Assembly (NCBI GenBank): GCA_964036045.1
Contig: OZ038378.1
Span: 35,712,001 to 35,776,000 of the forward strand
DNA: 64,000 nt
Source: Eutreptiella sp. 'Long Island Sound 2002'
Lineage: Eukaryota; Protista; Euglenida
Direction of reading: 5' to 3'
Shown: one piece after another, positions 13,340-26,800 of the stretch
How positions within the stretch are numbered: position 1 is the first letter of the stretch
Layout of the letters: every line of letters begins with the position of its first letter
Notes under the pieces: model-generated
Databases searched by the model: none
What the model was told of the DNA's origin: nothing
The model's input: only the letters and a program-made list of their open reading frames with translations
Made by a program: the position numbers and the translations under genes

Positions 13340-14684
13340 CTGCGCGCCTCGTTATACGAGGCGCAAATCGGGCTCGGCGCGCGCCTCGTTAGCGCCAACC
13401 CCCCCCCCCCCCCCGTGCGCCTCGTTAGCGCCAAACTCCCCCCCCCCCCGTGCGCCTCGTTAGCGCCAACCCCGCCCCCCCCCCCCCCCCCTGTGCACCT
13501 CGTTAGCGCCGAATCCCCCCCCCCCGTGCGCCTCGCTAGCGCGCCAAACCCCCCCCCCGTGCGCCTTGTTAGCGCGCCAAACCCCGCCCCCCCTGTGCAC
13601 CGCCTTTTGTGTGCACCGCCTTGTGTGTGTACCGCCTTGCCTGTGGCCCCTTAAATAACAAGACTCCTGCGGTGGCTACAGACTGCCTTTTGTGTGCACC
13701 GCCTTTTGTGTGTACCACCTTGCCTGTGGCCCCTTAAATAACAAGACTCCTGCGGTGGCTACAGGCCGCCTTTTGTGTGCACCGCCTTGTGTGTGTACCG
13801 CCTTCTATGTGTACCGCCTTGCCTGTGGCCCCTAAATTAACAAGACTCCTGCGGTGGCTACAGACCGCCTTTTGTGTGCACCGCCTTGTGTGTGTACCAC
13901 CTTGCCTGTGGCCCCTTAAATAACAAGACTCCTGCGGTGGCTACAGACCGCCTGTTGTGTGCACCGCCTTGTGTGTGCACCGCCTTTTGTGTGTACCGCC
14001 TTGCCTGTGGCCCCTTAAATAACAAGACTCCTGCGGTGGGTACAAACTGCCTTTTGTGTGCACCGCCTTTTGTATGTACCGCCTTGCTTGTGGCCCCTTA
14101 AATAACAAGACTCCTGCGGTGGCTACAGACCGCCTGTTATGTGCACCGCCTTGTGTGTGTACCGCCTTCTATGTGTACCGCCTTCTATGTGTACCGCTGT
14201 GCTTGTGGCCCCTTAAATAACAAGACTCCTGCGGTGGCTACAGACCGCCTTTCGTGTGCACCGCCTTGTGTGTGCACCGCCTTGTGTATGCACCGGCTTG
14301 TATGTGCACCGCCTTGTGTATGCACGGACTTGTATGTGGACTACCCCCCCCCCGTGCGCCTCGTTAGCGCGCCAATCCCCCCCCCCGCGCGCCTCGTTAG
14401 CGCCAAACCCCCCCCACGCGCCTCGTTTGCAACGCCCCCCCCCCCGTGCGCCTCGTTAGCGCCAACCCCCCCCCCCCCGTGCGCCTCGTTAGCGCCAAAC
14501 CCCCCCCCCCCGTGCGCCAAACCCCCCCCGTGCGCCTCGTTAGCGCCAAACCCCCCCCCGTGCGCCTCGTTAGTGCCAAAACCCCCCCCCCCGTGCGCCT
14601 CGTTAGTGCCAAACCCCCCTTCGTGCGCCTCGTTAGCGCCAACCCCCCCCCCCCCCTGTGCGCCTCGTTAAACGAGGCGCGCAG
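13340..14684. mobile_element. 1345-bp non-coding element: 14-bp TIRs, terminal hairpins, internal satellite arrays, no TSD
   Basis: Left CTGCGCGCCTCGTT (13340-13353) and right AACGAGGCGCGCAG (14671-14684). Arms are made of GCGCCTCGTTAGCGCC + poly-C units. The centre has about 7 copies of a CCCCTTAAATAACAAGACTCCTGCGGTGG unit. Confidence 0.75.
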
Positions 14685-17600
14685 TCTCGTTCAAACTCTG
14701 AGATCCACACAGACAACCCACAATTACGTCGATTTGATCCCCAGGGAATTTGGTGAGATGTCGAAGCGCAAACCGGGTGAGAGCTGCAATATAGGGGGAA
14801 GTTAGCAAAGAATGTGCTGCAGCACAATAATTTGAGTCAAATGGAATTGCACACCCTTGAGGCCCTTGTTGGCACTGGGGGCTGGTGGGATACCTTCTTT
14901 GGAAGTGCTCTCGAAACCGTCAATGGCGTCGGTGATGCGTCCATGGCTCAGTTGCATCAGTGTCGGCGGCTTCCATTGTTGCCATACGGCATCTTGATAG
15001 CAATGGCGGAGCAGTTGCACAAGGTATAGGACATTGCGGGTGCGGAACGAGACGGACCAGAAGTACATTGATGGTAGACATCGTTGACGAGGAGGGGGGG
15101 GGGGTATTTTCCACACCGCCGTGATTTTTGAGTCTTCTATACTTGCACCCATATTCTTAATGCGATCTAGCCAAGCGTCAATTTCGTAACACTATGTCCA
15201 ATGGCATTGTGATCACCGCATAGCATTCCCCGCACCTCCAATTGTGTTTCAGGCTTCGCTTCCTTAGCATACACGAAGTGCAGATAGTCTGGCAATGCCT
15301 TCTAAGCTATGGTGTAATCCTTTTGAGGCCTCTGGAGCACTCTGCCCACATGTGCACCCCCAAGGACATGCTAGGAACCATATGAGTGCACACAAGCAAT
15401 TTCAGTAAGCCAATGAGGCCTATTGACGAAAGAACACGCTGCAGCGCGTTCCCGACACGAAACTGCCACACCAGGCCCCACTGGACACACCTTCATCTCT
15501 CCATAGCAAAACAAAAAAAGCTTAGCTGTCCATTCGGCGGAGTCGCCACCAAACTTTGGCACCTCTCCACGGCAATATCCTCATCCCACGACCTCGTCTG
15601 CCCCCGTGTCATCTGCAGATCGTACTTCAGATTCATCAGTGGCATCTTGACCATCTCTTTGCGTACCCAAATTGCCCAATGCGCCTGCCTAGCGGTTTGC
15701 CGCACCTTGCATCCGCCGTCTGCTTTTTGCGTGGGTGTATTGGCCGTTGGCTCCGCGCTTGACTTGCACTGACAGCTTGTGAGATGGTAGGTAGGCTTTC
15801 CCCTACTTACATGTTTTGATTCATCTCACACGTGGGTATGAAGACAAAGCTGAGTATGTACGTACATTGATGGTGGCACGTCTCCTGAATCACCATCCTT
15901 GGATTTCACGTTTACCCGGTCTACCGTTCAGCGAGGAGCCGTGTAAAGTCATGGTCAGTTGTGTTGTAGCCAAGATGGCCCATTATCCCCACGTGCATAG
16001 TTTTGAGCAGGTATATGACTTGCTTGTGCTTGTCACCCCACCTGATAGCAAGAAAAAGAATTTGACGTATTGTAACATTTGGAAAGGGTTGCCAGAAAGT
16101 GTTACTGGCAGACTCCCAAGGCTGTGTGAACGTTGGAACTTAGGTATGATCCCTGCCGTACAATGGTCTTCCAACAAGCCATCTACGGTTGAGGTTGTGT
16201 GGCCCACTACCTTGCAGCTCCCTGGCCCTATACGAGCTATAATACCTCTTGATCATTTGAATGATTTGTTTTTAAAGATGTTTGCAGACCTTGGTAAGCC
16301 CACTTCCTGCTTCAGATGATGTCTTGACAGCCCTCACAAGTCACGTCCCCCCTCATGGACGGTACCATACACGAAATTCGTAACATGCTTCGGCGTTGCA
16401 ACAACCCAGCCCAGTGCCAAGCATGTTCACGGCACATGCCTACCATGGACGTACATGACGGGAAGGGGGGGTGTATCGGGGGAATGTGACAATGATGATG
16501 GTGATGATCATGGGGATGGTGCTGGTGATGAAGCCGATGATAGAGCCCCAGCGGAAGATGGTGGATACGAGGGGGACGAGGCTGTGGGCGATGCGGCCCT
16601 TATCTTACAGTGTCAGCAACCCCTGACCTTGTGAAGATATTGCACCCTATATAGTCCATACTGCAGAGGACACAGCCTCATATGCCCTTGCTTGTGGACC
16701 AGAACATACACTACCGTCTTCTGAAACTTGTTTATAGTCTTAGTTATGCTAAGTTTAATGTACCAATGTTCTTGAATAGAATACAAGTTCTGTACGGTGT
16801 TTGACACCCATACGAGTACTACATAACTCTTTGTTAGCACCAATTTTATGCCCCGTTAATTTTTTTTGCTATGGTAGACTGTCTTGAGGTAAGCTGGTTC
16901 CGAGTTTCCCTAAGGTAATTTACATAGAATGAGTTGTTGTTGTATCGTCGCAGGTGGCACATCGCTTGAAGAATAGTTTGCACCAACAGCTTCGGATCTT
17001 GCACACTGTCTTGTCACCACATTTTGCCACCCATAAGGCGTTGTTGTTGCCTTGCAAGTAGAAGGTATGATTGACTTGTTGTATGGTTATGCACCTGCTG
17101 TGTTTATTATTGGTTGTCATGTGCGAGACTGTCATTGGGGTAGTTATGCCAATTCGATCCGCAATTTAACTGCCGCCTAGTGTCCTTGACATGGTGGTCT
17201 CACAAAGACAGAACAAGGGTCGCTTCGGCGTGAGAAATAGTTAATGCGGCGTTGGAATAGAGAAGAAGCCTTGAAGTGTCCATTCGGTTCGACAAAAATC
17301 ACTAGCCGCTCAGCAGCATGCGAAACACATGATAAAAAATCATGGCCAAACTTTGAGAGTTCAATCAGCAGTTGTATAGGTGCAGCTAAAACGTGAGAAC
17401 CAACGGACAGGACGTCAACATCACAAATCATCATGGGTTCCCATTGTGGACTGGAAACATGTGTACGCTTAATGTCACGTGAACACCGTATGTCACGTAT
17501 CAGTTTAGGACCTCAAAATAGATCGCTCAAACCACCAACAAAACACTTGTGATTGTACACGAGCATCTCACTCACAGTTATGGTACGACTATGTAACTCT

Positions 17601-18202
17601 TGCACACTTGGGAGCCCGGGATTGACATCAAGGGAGCGAGGCATACGAAGAACAACAAATGTGGTACAATTCAGTGAACGATTGGACTTACCAGAGACAA
17701 GCTTAAAGACTCGGAGAAAGGTATCAGACCAGAGGATAAATTGTGTACGATATATCGCAGCGCATATGGCAAGACACCTCCGCTCTACCTCCTCTGAAAC
17801 AGAGGGAGCATTGAACTAGTAGGCACCAAAGCATGCCAAAGTGCGACGCTGCTTCCGGCTTACAGCCACCTCCTTGTGCTTCCTCTTCAAGCGAGGTTTA
17901 TGCATCAGAGAGAGCAAGTGGTAAAGATTGAATATCTCATCAACCGCAACTGTGTACCAACGAGGTGGCTTAAAACCAGATGCAAATCTATCCCGTTGCT
18001 CAATAAAATCACCTAGGGAGCGCCAACTCCTGTGGTTTGCCCTCAACTACAATGCCCAGTCAACAAAGACATTAACAGGTTCACTTGAACCAACCACCTT
18101 ACACAGGGCACCGGCATCCTTAAAATGAGCAACACGAAGGAACTGACAGAAAAGGAGAGCCTGCATACAAAAACGCCTAAGGTACAAGCAGAGGCCGATG
18201 AC

Positions 18203-20371
18203 CAAGCCGGGGATTTACGGGTGTCTACACTGCTTTTGGCACCCGGCACCCACCTTGTGTAAATTGGTGTAAATTTTCCCAAAAGTGGCGTAAATTTCCT
18301 TCAAAAAGTGTAAATTTAAGAAAAGGACGGTGTCACTCAACAGCTCAACCAATGTGCAAAACTCAGAAAAAAGTAATGTAGAGTTTTGTGATTGGTTGCT
18401 TGGGCCTTGTGACCCCAAGTGGCGTTTTCCCACCGTTTGCATGGTTGGTTTGGTGTTTGGATTAGAAAATGTGTGTAACATACTTATATATACCGGCAGG
18501 CAGGGTTTGTTTTAGGTGGGTTTGCCCAAGCACTGCCGGGGGGTAGAGGGGGTCACGGGGGATGGGGAATGCACCATGGACCCAGGCTGTGGTCCAAATT
18601 TTGTCTTGCCAAGGACAACTACACCTGCCTTTGTGCCTGTCATAACATTGGCACCATCGGTGCACAACCACACCAACCGACGCACCCACAACTCAAGCGG
18701 AACGGAGGCGTGCTCGAACACCGCCTTGTACGCACGCACAATAGACTTTGCGTCTCCCGCCCCCAGCGCCTGCAGAGAAAAAAATTGGGTGTCGATCTTG
18801 TTCCCCTGCGGGAAGCGCAGATACAGCAACTCTTCTTTCTTGGCCGACCTGTCCGTGCAGGACTCAAAGGTCAATGCCAAGTATGGGGCCTGTGTGACTG
18901 GTTGGGCATCCCCAATGCGCACATCCATGGCAATGTGCTGCAAAATCTCAGCCACAGCCCGATGGCAGCGGTATGCCTCAATCAGATGCACACCATTCAA
19001 AGTTGCGGCTTCCGCATCCCCTGCCACATCCCGGAGCCATACCCTACCGCCGGAGCTCCAAAGTGCAAGCGAGACGGCATGTGTCCCGCACTTTTGGTGC
19101 CTGGCAATTTTGTGCCACCTGATGCCGGTGATGCCACCAATCCACTCAGGTTGGGCTCCCAATTGGGGATGTCCACGGCATGCCGCACACCACATCACCC
19201 CGTTCTCATACTTCAACTAGGGGCGCCCTGATTGCCATGAAGTGTGGAAAGTACGAATTTTGGTAGGGGGAGGGCAAGGCGGGCATGTGGGTGGAGCACA
19301 TTGGAGACACAAACCATCAAGTGCACATTCAACATGCACGTAGCATTTGCATTGCCTGCATTGTTGGGTATCAATGTTGCCCAAAGGCTTTGCACAACCT
19401 CTGCAGGCACATGCAAAACACCAACGATGCCCCTCACCCCCCACCGTGACAAAGCAATGCTCATGGACACCCCTCTTGCATTGCGAGCATGAGCTAGTCA
19501 CCCCACATAGCTTGCCACGGCAGCTACTGCAATATGACGCACCCAAAACTTCGACAAAGCCGCCGATGGATTGCGTCGTAGTGGGAGGGGAGGCGGCTTG
19601 GGACTGTGGGGGTTGCTGTGGCGCGGCGGCAGCGGGTGTAGAGACTTCTTGCTACTGGGCGTCCGCTTCTTGCTTGCGAACCCACATCACATGACAAAAA
19701 CTGCCACAACAAACAGCAATGTGGAAGTAGCCCTACCAGCAAGCCAATTGCTAAGAGTGGAAATCTTATAACATGCAACGTACTCGGACTTGGTCATTAA
19801 CATGGAAACTCTTGCGACCCCACTGCTTGCGCACCCATGTCACATGACAACGAGCACCAAAACAAACAGCAATGTACAACCTTCACTGCAACCAAGGCAA
19901 TTGCTAAATATGTAAATGTTATAACATGCAAAGTACTCCAAGTCAATGGGGGTAAGACGCACTATGTAACCACCGGCGTCCGCCCTTGCACGCACCACAC
20001 TCGAGCCAGGCTAGCGCTCGAGAGTGGGATCTCCAGCACGCTACAAACGACATTTGTATAGCGCCTCATCTTGCGGAATCTGGCGGTCAACGCATGGACG
20101 GTTTGATGAAGGTGGCTAAATCCCTGAAAAAGTTGACACACCAAAGAAGAATTTACAAACTTTCATGTTCAATACTCACAATTGTAGACCTCCTACATAT
20201 CTATATATCGACCTAATAACATGCAAAGTACTTGGGTTCCTCAATTTACACCGAATTTACAGAAATTTACACAAATTTACGTCACTTTTTGAGAAATTTA
20301 CAAAAATTTATGTAATTTACAGCGTAAATGGGATTTGGCACCCGGCACCGTACCCATTATTCCCCGGCTTG
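18203..20371 (-). mobile_element. hAT DNA transposon, internal-deletion derivative (2169 bp)
   Basis: TIR CAAGCCGGGGA / TCCCCGGCTTG. Perfect 8-bp TSD CCGATGAC (18195-18202 and 20372-20379). Inverted subterminal GTAAATT/AATTTAC repeats. Confidence 0.93.
18512..19546 (-). pseudogene. Truncated ZNF862-like hAT transposase with N-terminal PHD-like Cys/His fingers
   Basis: ORFs 19217-19546 and 18512-19216 are in frame across one TAG (RP*LKYENGVMWCAAC). Motifs YLALTFESCTDRS, FFSLQAL and LCTDGANVMTG are present. Homology stops soon after the second catalytic Asp. Confidence 0.85.
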
Positions 20372-21819
20372 CCGATGACACACACTTGAAGAGGGCATAC
20401 AAACCTTGGAAGTTGCCGAAGAACGCGCTGCAGTCCGTTAATGTTGAATAATAGAAGATCTTATGGTCCAATGCCTGCAGAATGAAAAGACCCTAAGAGA
20501 GGTTGGTACAGTGTAACAAACAAGAGTAACGGGTAAAAAACATCGATGACAACGCAACGAGTATTCAAGTATGATGAATATAGGCAAAGCAAACTAAGCA
20601 AGGGAAAACATTTTACCAATGTGTATAATGGGCATACCTCAACATATGTAAAAAACACATCACTTCTTGGTAATACGGAAAATAACGCGCTGCAACGTGT
20701 TCTTTTAGAGAAAAAGGCGTTTTAGGTACCTGCTTTCAAAGGAAGTGCAATAGACCATATGGTCCATCAACAAGGACAATGGATGGCTGAACCCCATCAT
20801 TGTAATCCACGGTGGACAACTTCCACGGCATACAAATCACGGAAATTGGGTGCAGTTCGTCCAGGCACGTCTTTGTGTTACAACAAGGCTCCAATGAGTG
20901 AACAAAAGTGTTGTTTTTGAAAAGAACGCTTTGTAGCGCGTTCTTTTTTGTACCTTGCAGAACTGATACCATGTCTTCGCTGGTTCCGTATGAAACACCA
21001 GCATAAATTATGCAGAATGTGCGGGTCATTATTGCAACGAAGCGGGCGACCACCCCAAAAAAGAAACCCCAAAAATAGAGGTATAATTTCGAGTTTTGAG
21101 TTGGCCCAAAAATGTGGCTCGCACCCGCGAGGTACACCATCGGAAAGAGCCGCCTAAGCATTTGTTAGGCAACGAATGGCATTTGGCAGGCCTTGTCGGT
21201 ATTTTGTGTCCATGTTACCTTCCAAGCTGAAGCACTCTGGACACCTTTTGTGGCACCAAGAGCCTCACCACCTTGTCCAGACGGGGCTACAAAAACACAA
21301 TTAGGTTGCTACATATTTTTCAGGTCTTTCAAGCGTTTCATGTGTTTCGGCCAGGTGATGTGACTGTCACTAGTGCATTTCCTCTTGTGACACACTAGTT
21401 TATGACATGCACTGTACCACATGCTATCACCACGCACTTCAAATGTACCAGGAGGATACTGCCCTGCCCTTGATGATTGGGGTTGTTTTGGACTCGTATT
21501 TCGGTCTCACCTTTGTTTTCTCTGGTTCTTGCACATCACCTTCATTTTCCAAGTCCTTTTCCTCCAGATCAGGACAACCATCATCCTCATGTTCATCTTC
21601 TTCACCAATTGCTGGACGTGTGATGAACCTGTCCATGCATGGAGCAAAGAAAAACAATGCAAACTCAAGTGACATGGGATGCACGGATGCACAAAAAAGC
21701 GCAAAAAATGGCTATAGCCTTGAAGCGCAAAAAGGCACCAAGAAGCGCATTTGTGCTGCACCCCCTCTCGTTTGGGGCCGTACCAAAACCACTCACATTA
21801 AATCCCCACCCCGTGTTGT

Positions 21820-22290
21820 GTTGTGTTGTGTTGTGCCGTGCTAGGCCGTGCCTACCCGCTTGCCTGCCCGCCCGCCTGCTTACATACCGGTCCGTCTGCT
21901 TGTCCGTGTGCCTGTGATTTGCTTGTCCACCCGTCTGTCTGTCGGTTTGCTTGTTTGTCTATCCGTCCGTCCGTCTGTCTCTTTGATTGTTTGTCTTTCT
22001 ATCAGTTGGTTTGTCTGGTTGTCTTTCCATTCGCTGGCCGTTCCTGTTTGTGTATGTGTGTGCCTACGTGTGTCAATTTGCGTTTGTCCGTCTGTGTGTT
22101 TATATGTCAATTTGCTTGCCTGCCTGCCTGGCGGCTTGTATGTCTATCTTGTTTGGGCGTCTGTCTGTATGCTTGTTGGTTTGGCTTTTTGTTGGTCGGT
22201 CTACTAGCCTTCCTAACTATATGTCTTTTCTCCATCTGCCCATCGCCTTGCCCTCTGTATTTGTGTGTCCATGTGTCTGCCCAAATCACC
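21820..22290 (+). repeat. Degenerate (GTCT/GTCC/GCCT/GTTT)n low-complexity tract
   Basis: Tetranucleotide-like composition; the ORFs across it are compositional artefacts. Confidence 0.8.
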
Positions 22291-22979
22291 TACCCCTGAC
22301 ATGCATTAAGCGAACAATACACATGACACGCAAACACTGCGCTGACACTCTGCAAGGTCGCCGAATGTAGGCACCACTCTTCAGCATCAACTCGCAAAGC
22401 CCAGCATACTCCTTGTATGTGCTAGTGGCCCAACACACATTGTTAGGCTCGCCAATGCCTCAAATCCCACTCGCTGCAGCAACTTTCTAATAGCCATGGA
22501 GGTGTGGCGTGTGAAATTGGTGAGGTTCGGGGGCGGCTGCAACCAGGTGGGGACCCATTCACACTGCACGGCCTCACTTGCTGCCAGCCGTCCAGTGCGT
22601 GCTTGTGGTAGCCCCGCAGCGGCACGTAGCCCGGCGCTCACGACAACATCACCCTCTTCAACCTTGTCTTGTGCCGAAGCTTGCTGCAATTGTTGCTCGT
22701 TTGCTGCGGTGCTGCCCCCCTAGCATCGTAGAACCCAACAGTTACAGTCAGCTGAAGTGGGTGAACAGTGCAACTCAGAGTGGTAGTTCATTGTGTAGGG
22801 GCCATGGTAGTGGAACCCAATAGTTGCCTCCAACTGCATTAAGTGAACAATGCACCTCAAAGTTGTAGTGGTCTGTTGTGTACAGTGGAACCAGGGACAA
22901 CTCCGTTGGATTATTTCTGTTGTGTTTCCTTTGCTTCTTTGTGTCTACTTTGTGTCTTTCAGGCTAATCACAGGGAGCC

Positions 22980-23804
22980 ATGGACAAGTTCGTCGTTAAG
23001 AAAGCATCACCCCCACCATCCCTGGGGGTCTATCGCGGAGAAATTGCGGTTGCAGCTGCGAGGAAGGGCCTCCTTGCTTTGGCCCCAGATCAACCCACAG
23101 ACAGCATGTTCAACCCGCAGAAAACGAGTTTGGAGTTTGCACACTGCGGCACTTTGTACAAGAACATCCATAATGGGAAACTTCCCAAAACACTGGTTGA
23201 GGATTTCAACAAAGTTTTGGTAGCTAGGGTCAAAGCAATGGCACCAAACAAACAAAGTGATGCCAATGCACAATTACAAGCAGATCTCACAGAGGAACTG
23301 GAAGAGAGGTGGCTTCAATCCGACCAAAAACTGCTGGACATGTTTGGTGATGTAGTGAAAGCAAACATGGAGAGCTACAATGCTATGCCCCCCAGCCCAG
23401 AGCGCATGTCCCTAGGAACAAGCATTGAATGTCTTGAGAAGGTACAAGCCGCATGGCACATGATGCCTCTGGCTGAGCGCAACATCAGCGTGCTGCAACA
23501 TTTGTTTCAAAAATCCCTGACAGCCCTTCCTCCTAAGCCCCAGGTCCCTCGTTTCCTCCCTCCGTCCTTGCCACAGTCCATATCCAACAGAAACCCCCAC
23601 TCAAACCAACATCCACAAGTCATCTGCCAGAAAGACAGCATAAAGTCCTGCTCCAGGGAGCCTGAGCAGACATCCTTCGCCAATAGTGATGGACTGACCC
23701 CCCCAAACCCAAACCCTCCCTCCCTTCCCACCCTCGCTTGCCCCTTGACCCCTCCTGGACGGGACTGTCTGGACTGTCTGTGCGTTGCTACAAGGCATCT
23801 CTGA
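22980..23804 (+). CDS. Intronless 274-aa ORF of unknown function, helical/coiled-coil, possibly TE-derived
   Basis: ATG start and protein-like composition for about 190 aa (MDKFVVKK...LQHLFQKSL), then a Pro-rich tail. No domain recognised. Confidence 0.4.
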   Translation: MDKFVVKKASPPPSLGVYRGEIAVAAARKGLLALAPDQPTDSMFNPQKTSLEFAHCGTLYKNIHNGKLPKTLVEDFNKVLVARVKAMAPNKQSDANAQLQADLTEELEERWLQSDQKLLDMFGDVVKANMESYNAMPPSPERMSLGTSIECLEKVQAAWHMMPLAERNISVLQHLFQKSLTALPPKPQVPRFLPPSLPQSISNRNPHSNQHPQVICQKDSIKSCSREPEQTSFANSDGLTPPNPNPPSLPTLACPLTPPGRDCLDCLCVATRHL

Positions 23805-26800
23805 TGGGCACGCATCCTTTTGCTAGGCTTTGCCCCACCAGTGTTGCGTTTTGGGGACCAATCCACCTCTATCCATTGGCCCTGCGAGGCCACAACCCCT
23901 GTGCACAGTCCAGCACCTCACTCATCACTTTGAACACAGTTTCAGGCAGGGGTCAAGCTGCCAGACAATGAACGAATGAACGAATGAATGCACGGCGATG
24001 AGCGACACATGCAGACAGCCCCTCAGGAGGTGGGGGAGCCCACCAACGGAGGAGCGGTACTGCCTGTTTGGGAGCAGATTTTGGCACTTGGACCGAGGGG
24101 CTGTGAATCTGCACTGTCCGGGGTAATTCTGGGGTGCCCTCAGGGACCCCAAATGGTGGCCCTGGGTACACCCACACTATACACACTGCGCACCGCACCT
24201 GCCACTCCCCAATTGCACCCCCTTGCGCAAGCACAGCCGCAGTCCCAAAAGTCGGGGCAACAAAGCGGTTCAACGCCCACCCCGTGCTTACACAAACCCA
24301 TGTTTGTGTGCGACACATGCGACAGTGAAGCACGCACGTACCCCAAACCGTACAAAAAAGAGGTACAATGCACACACAAGATCCCACATATTCTGCCTGT
24401 CTGTGTTTGCTGTCAGGCACAGCAGGTGCCTCGGAATAGAAGCCCTTCAAATGGGTGTAGCTGTCCACATGACCAGAGGGACCAAAAATAATGGCAGGGG
24501 CATGGTCCCTAGTGCTCCAGATGTACATGACAGCCATGCCAGGAATAGCAAGGTTAGCCATGGCCGAAAATCACATCAAAACAAACAGCATGGGGTTGCA
24601 ATGTGTGGTACAATATTGTTATGATTAGAATGCACAATCACAGACATAAATGAGCCCCTCTTTCCCTCTACAAGCGCATCACAAACACCCAATCCTGCAT
24701 TCAGGACAACAAAAAACAGCGGTCTCAAAAAATCCTAAAAACAGCGGTTCAACGCCCACGCCGTGCTTGGACAAGCCCATGCTTACGCAAAGGAGGCAGG
24801 GTCAGATCTCTCCCGCGTTGGTGGCTGTGCTGTGCCTGGCAGGGAGAGCGCCAGTACATCCAGGAGCCCTGGGTCCAGTGGGGGAATGTCTGCCCGGCGC
24901 GCGCCCGGCGCATGCCCGGCGCGCTACCTTTGTATTAAGTATCTTATCTCTAGCCCCAAGCTTATCGTCACCTTGGAAAATCCCCCAAGTAGACCGCACT
25001 AGACCACAAACCTTCCCTGCAAGGCACCTTGCATAAGCCGAAATATGAGAATTCAACAACACAAAATGTCACTCCCACCACTTCCAACCACCACCCTTGC
25101 CATTGTCTTAAACTGGGTGCAAAGGATGTGCCAAAATCTTAGACACAACGAGAAGGTACTCCAAATTGTTTGGTTAGGTGGGGGCAAAAACAGGCGCGGT
25201 TGGGGAATGGTCAAAAAAAGATGCCCGGCGCGCGCCTGGCGCGTGCCCGACGCGCTAACACTCCCCCAGTCCCTCACCGTGGGTAGGACCTCTGGGAAGG
25301 GGGTGCAGGGGGTTTGGTTTGTGCAGAGGAAATGGCGCGCGAGCAGTGCGGGAGGTCCCCCTGAGGGCGAGCCCTGTCCCACGCAACCACCCGGGGGTCG
25401 CAACGGGTCCAATGCTGGATTCCACCTCGACCGTTACGCGAGGAGAACCAGACCAGCCGAAAGCGCTGTAGACACCCATCCTCCTGCATGATCCATAGCT
25501 GTGCACCGCAGCGCACTGGGGAATGGAACATGCAATGCCTATGCATACACTCAACCCTCAAGAACACAAGGCTGAGACGGCCTGAGACAGAGGGACAACT
25601 TGACGTTTGGGCACCGACATACACACTCTGAGCCTTTGCTTCGGCAGAAAGGCGCCCAGTCGTCTTGTGGCCCAATGCTTCTGTTGGCGGACCATTTGAT
25701 CAGTCTGACGACATCTTGAAGGCGCAGACCTGTGCCCTGTTCACAGCGTTTGCCTGTGCAATCTTTGCATGTGCATGTGCGTCTGTGTGTGTCCAGGAAA
25801 CAGCGAATTCGAACAAAATGCAGGGCGTGGAGGGGACGTGGTGGACGTACCTGGCCACCCTCAACTTGTTTGCGAGGCGTCACATGACTGACACATGAGC
25901 GCATGCCCCCGGCTGGGAACAGGCTTGATCGCCTGGGGATCACAGAAAGCATGGCCACTCCGTGACGCGGGGAAGAGTGGGGCCATGGACCCGCGGGTGT
26001 TTTGCCCGCATACAGCCGCAGCACCTGGGAGCCACACCCAAAGGGAGGACCTGGCATTGCCATGATGATGAATGACGGGCAACACCCGGTGACACGCAGT
26101 CACCCAGCCCTGGCGACACGACGCACATCCCCCGTGTCATACGACCGTAGTGCAGCGCCATAGAGTCTGGTGCAATGTCTTTCGTGTCACCTGCTTTTGT
26201 TGATGGAGGTTGTTGATCAAGATCTGGGGGAAGGGGTGGGGAGGGCTGTAAACCCCAAGAAGCACAAAAACAGAAAAAATCGCATCAAGTCAAAACAATG
26301 ACAAGCAACTCGTACTCTCCGTCATATTGAGCACTACTCAACCCGCTGCAGTTGATTGCGAAATATCTTCAGCAAGGGGGAGGCATCGCAGACGGCACCC
26401 GGATCCACCGTCGGTTCCTTCCACACGCCAGCCTCCACTAACATAGCGAAAGCAACGGTGATTTGTGCACCTCTTTTTGACTGACGGCGATTGTCTACAC
26501 GAATATTTTGTTGGGGGCCTTTGCTCAGGCCAGGTACAAACGATCGGCATGTTGCAGTAAGGCACTCGGCACAAGGTTCCCGGGCTCTACATCAGCAGTG
26601 TTCCTCAACACTCTCCATATTTGGAAGGCAGAAGACCTGCCTCGTGGACGGGTCCAGAATCGGACGGGACGCTTCGGGCTGAAGCGGGGCCCGCGTGAGC
26701 AGTGCTGCTGCAAACCAAAGGGACGGCGTAGTAAGGCAAATGCTTCAAGTTTCAAGTGTCATGTCACCGCAGGCGAATGGGGTGGGGAGGTGACGGATGG

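Larger units (their letters stand above)
10200..18200. pseudogene. Stretch of decayed, unidentified ORFs, probably TE-derived, with stops and frameshifts; interrupted by a microsatellite and the 13.3-14.7 kb element
   Basis: Protein-like broken frames, mostly on the minus strand, including a PHD-like RCMCARCNVHIIFHVACD...YAC near 13130-13230. A plus-strand ORF at 15816-16319 is followed by an acidic D/G tract near 16490-16600. No family recognised. Confidence 0.4.

Noticed and set aside
13380-14670. CRISPR-like array or Cys/Pro-rich proteins from ORFs 13415-14805
   Set aside because: The inter-repeat sequence is poly-C or repeated, and the ORFs are read-throughs of satellite DNA.
14640-14830. 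Ulp1/C48 protease motif (NRRNCGLSV)
   Set aside because: This is a single short motif with no His/Asp partner, and an alternative frame looks more protein-like.
25400-26063. Spliced host gene downstream of Ctr (donor GTACGT at ~25850, acceptor at ~25731)
   Set aside because: The in-frame join stops after 9 codons and no domain is recognisable.
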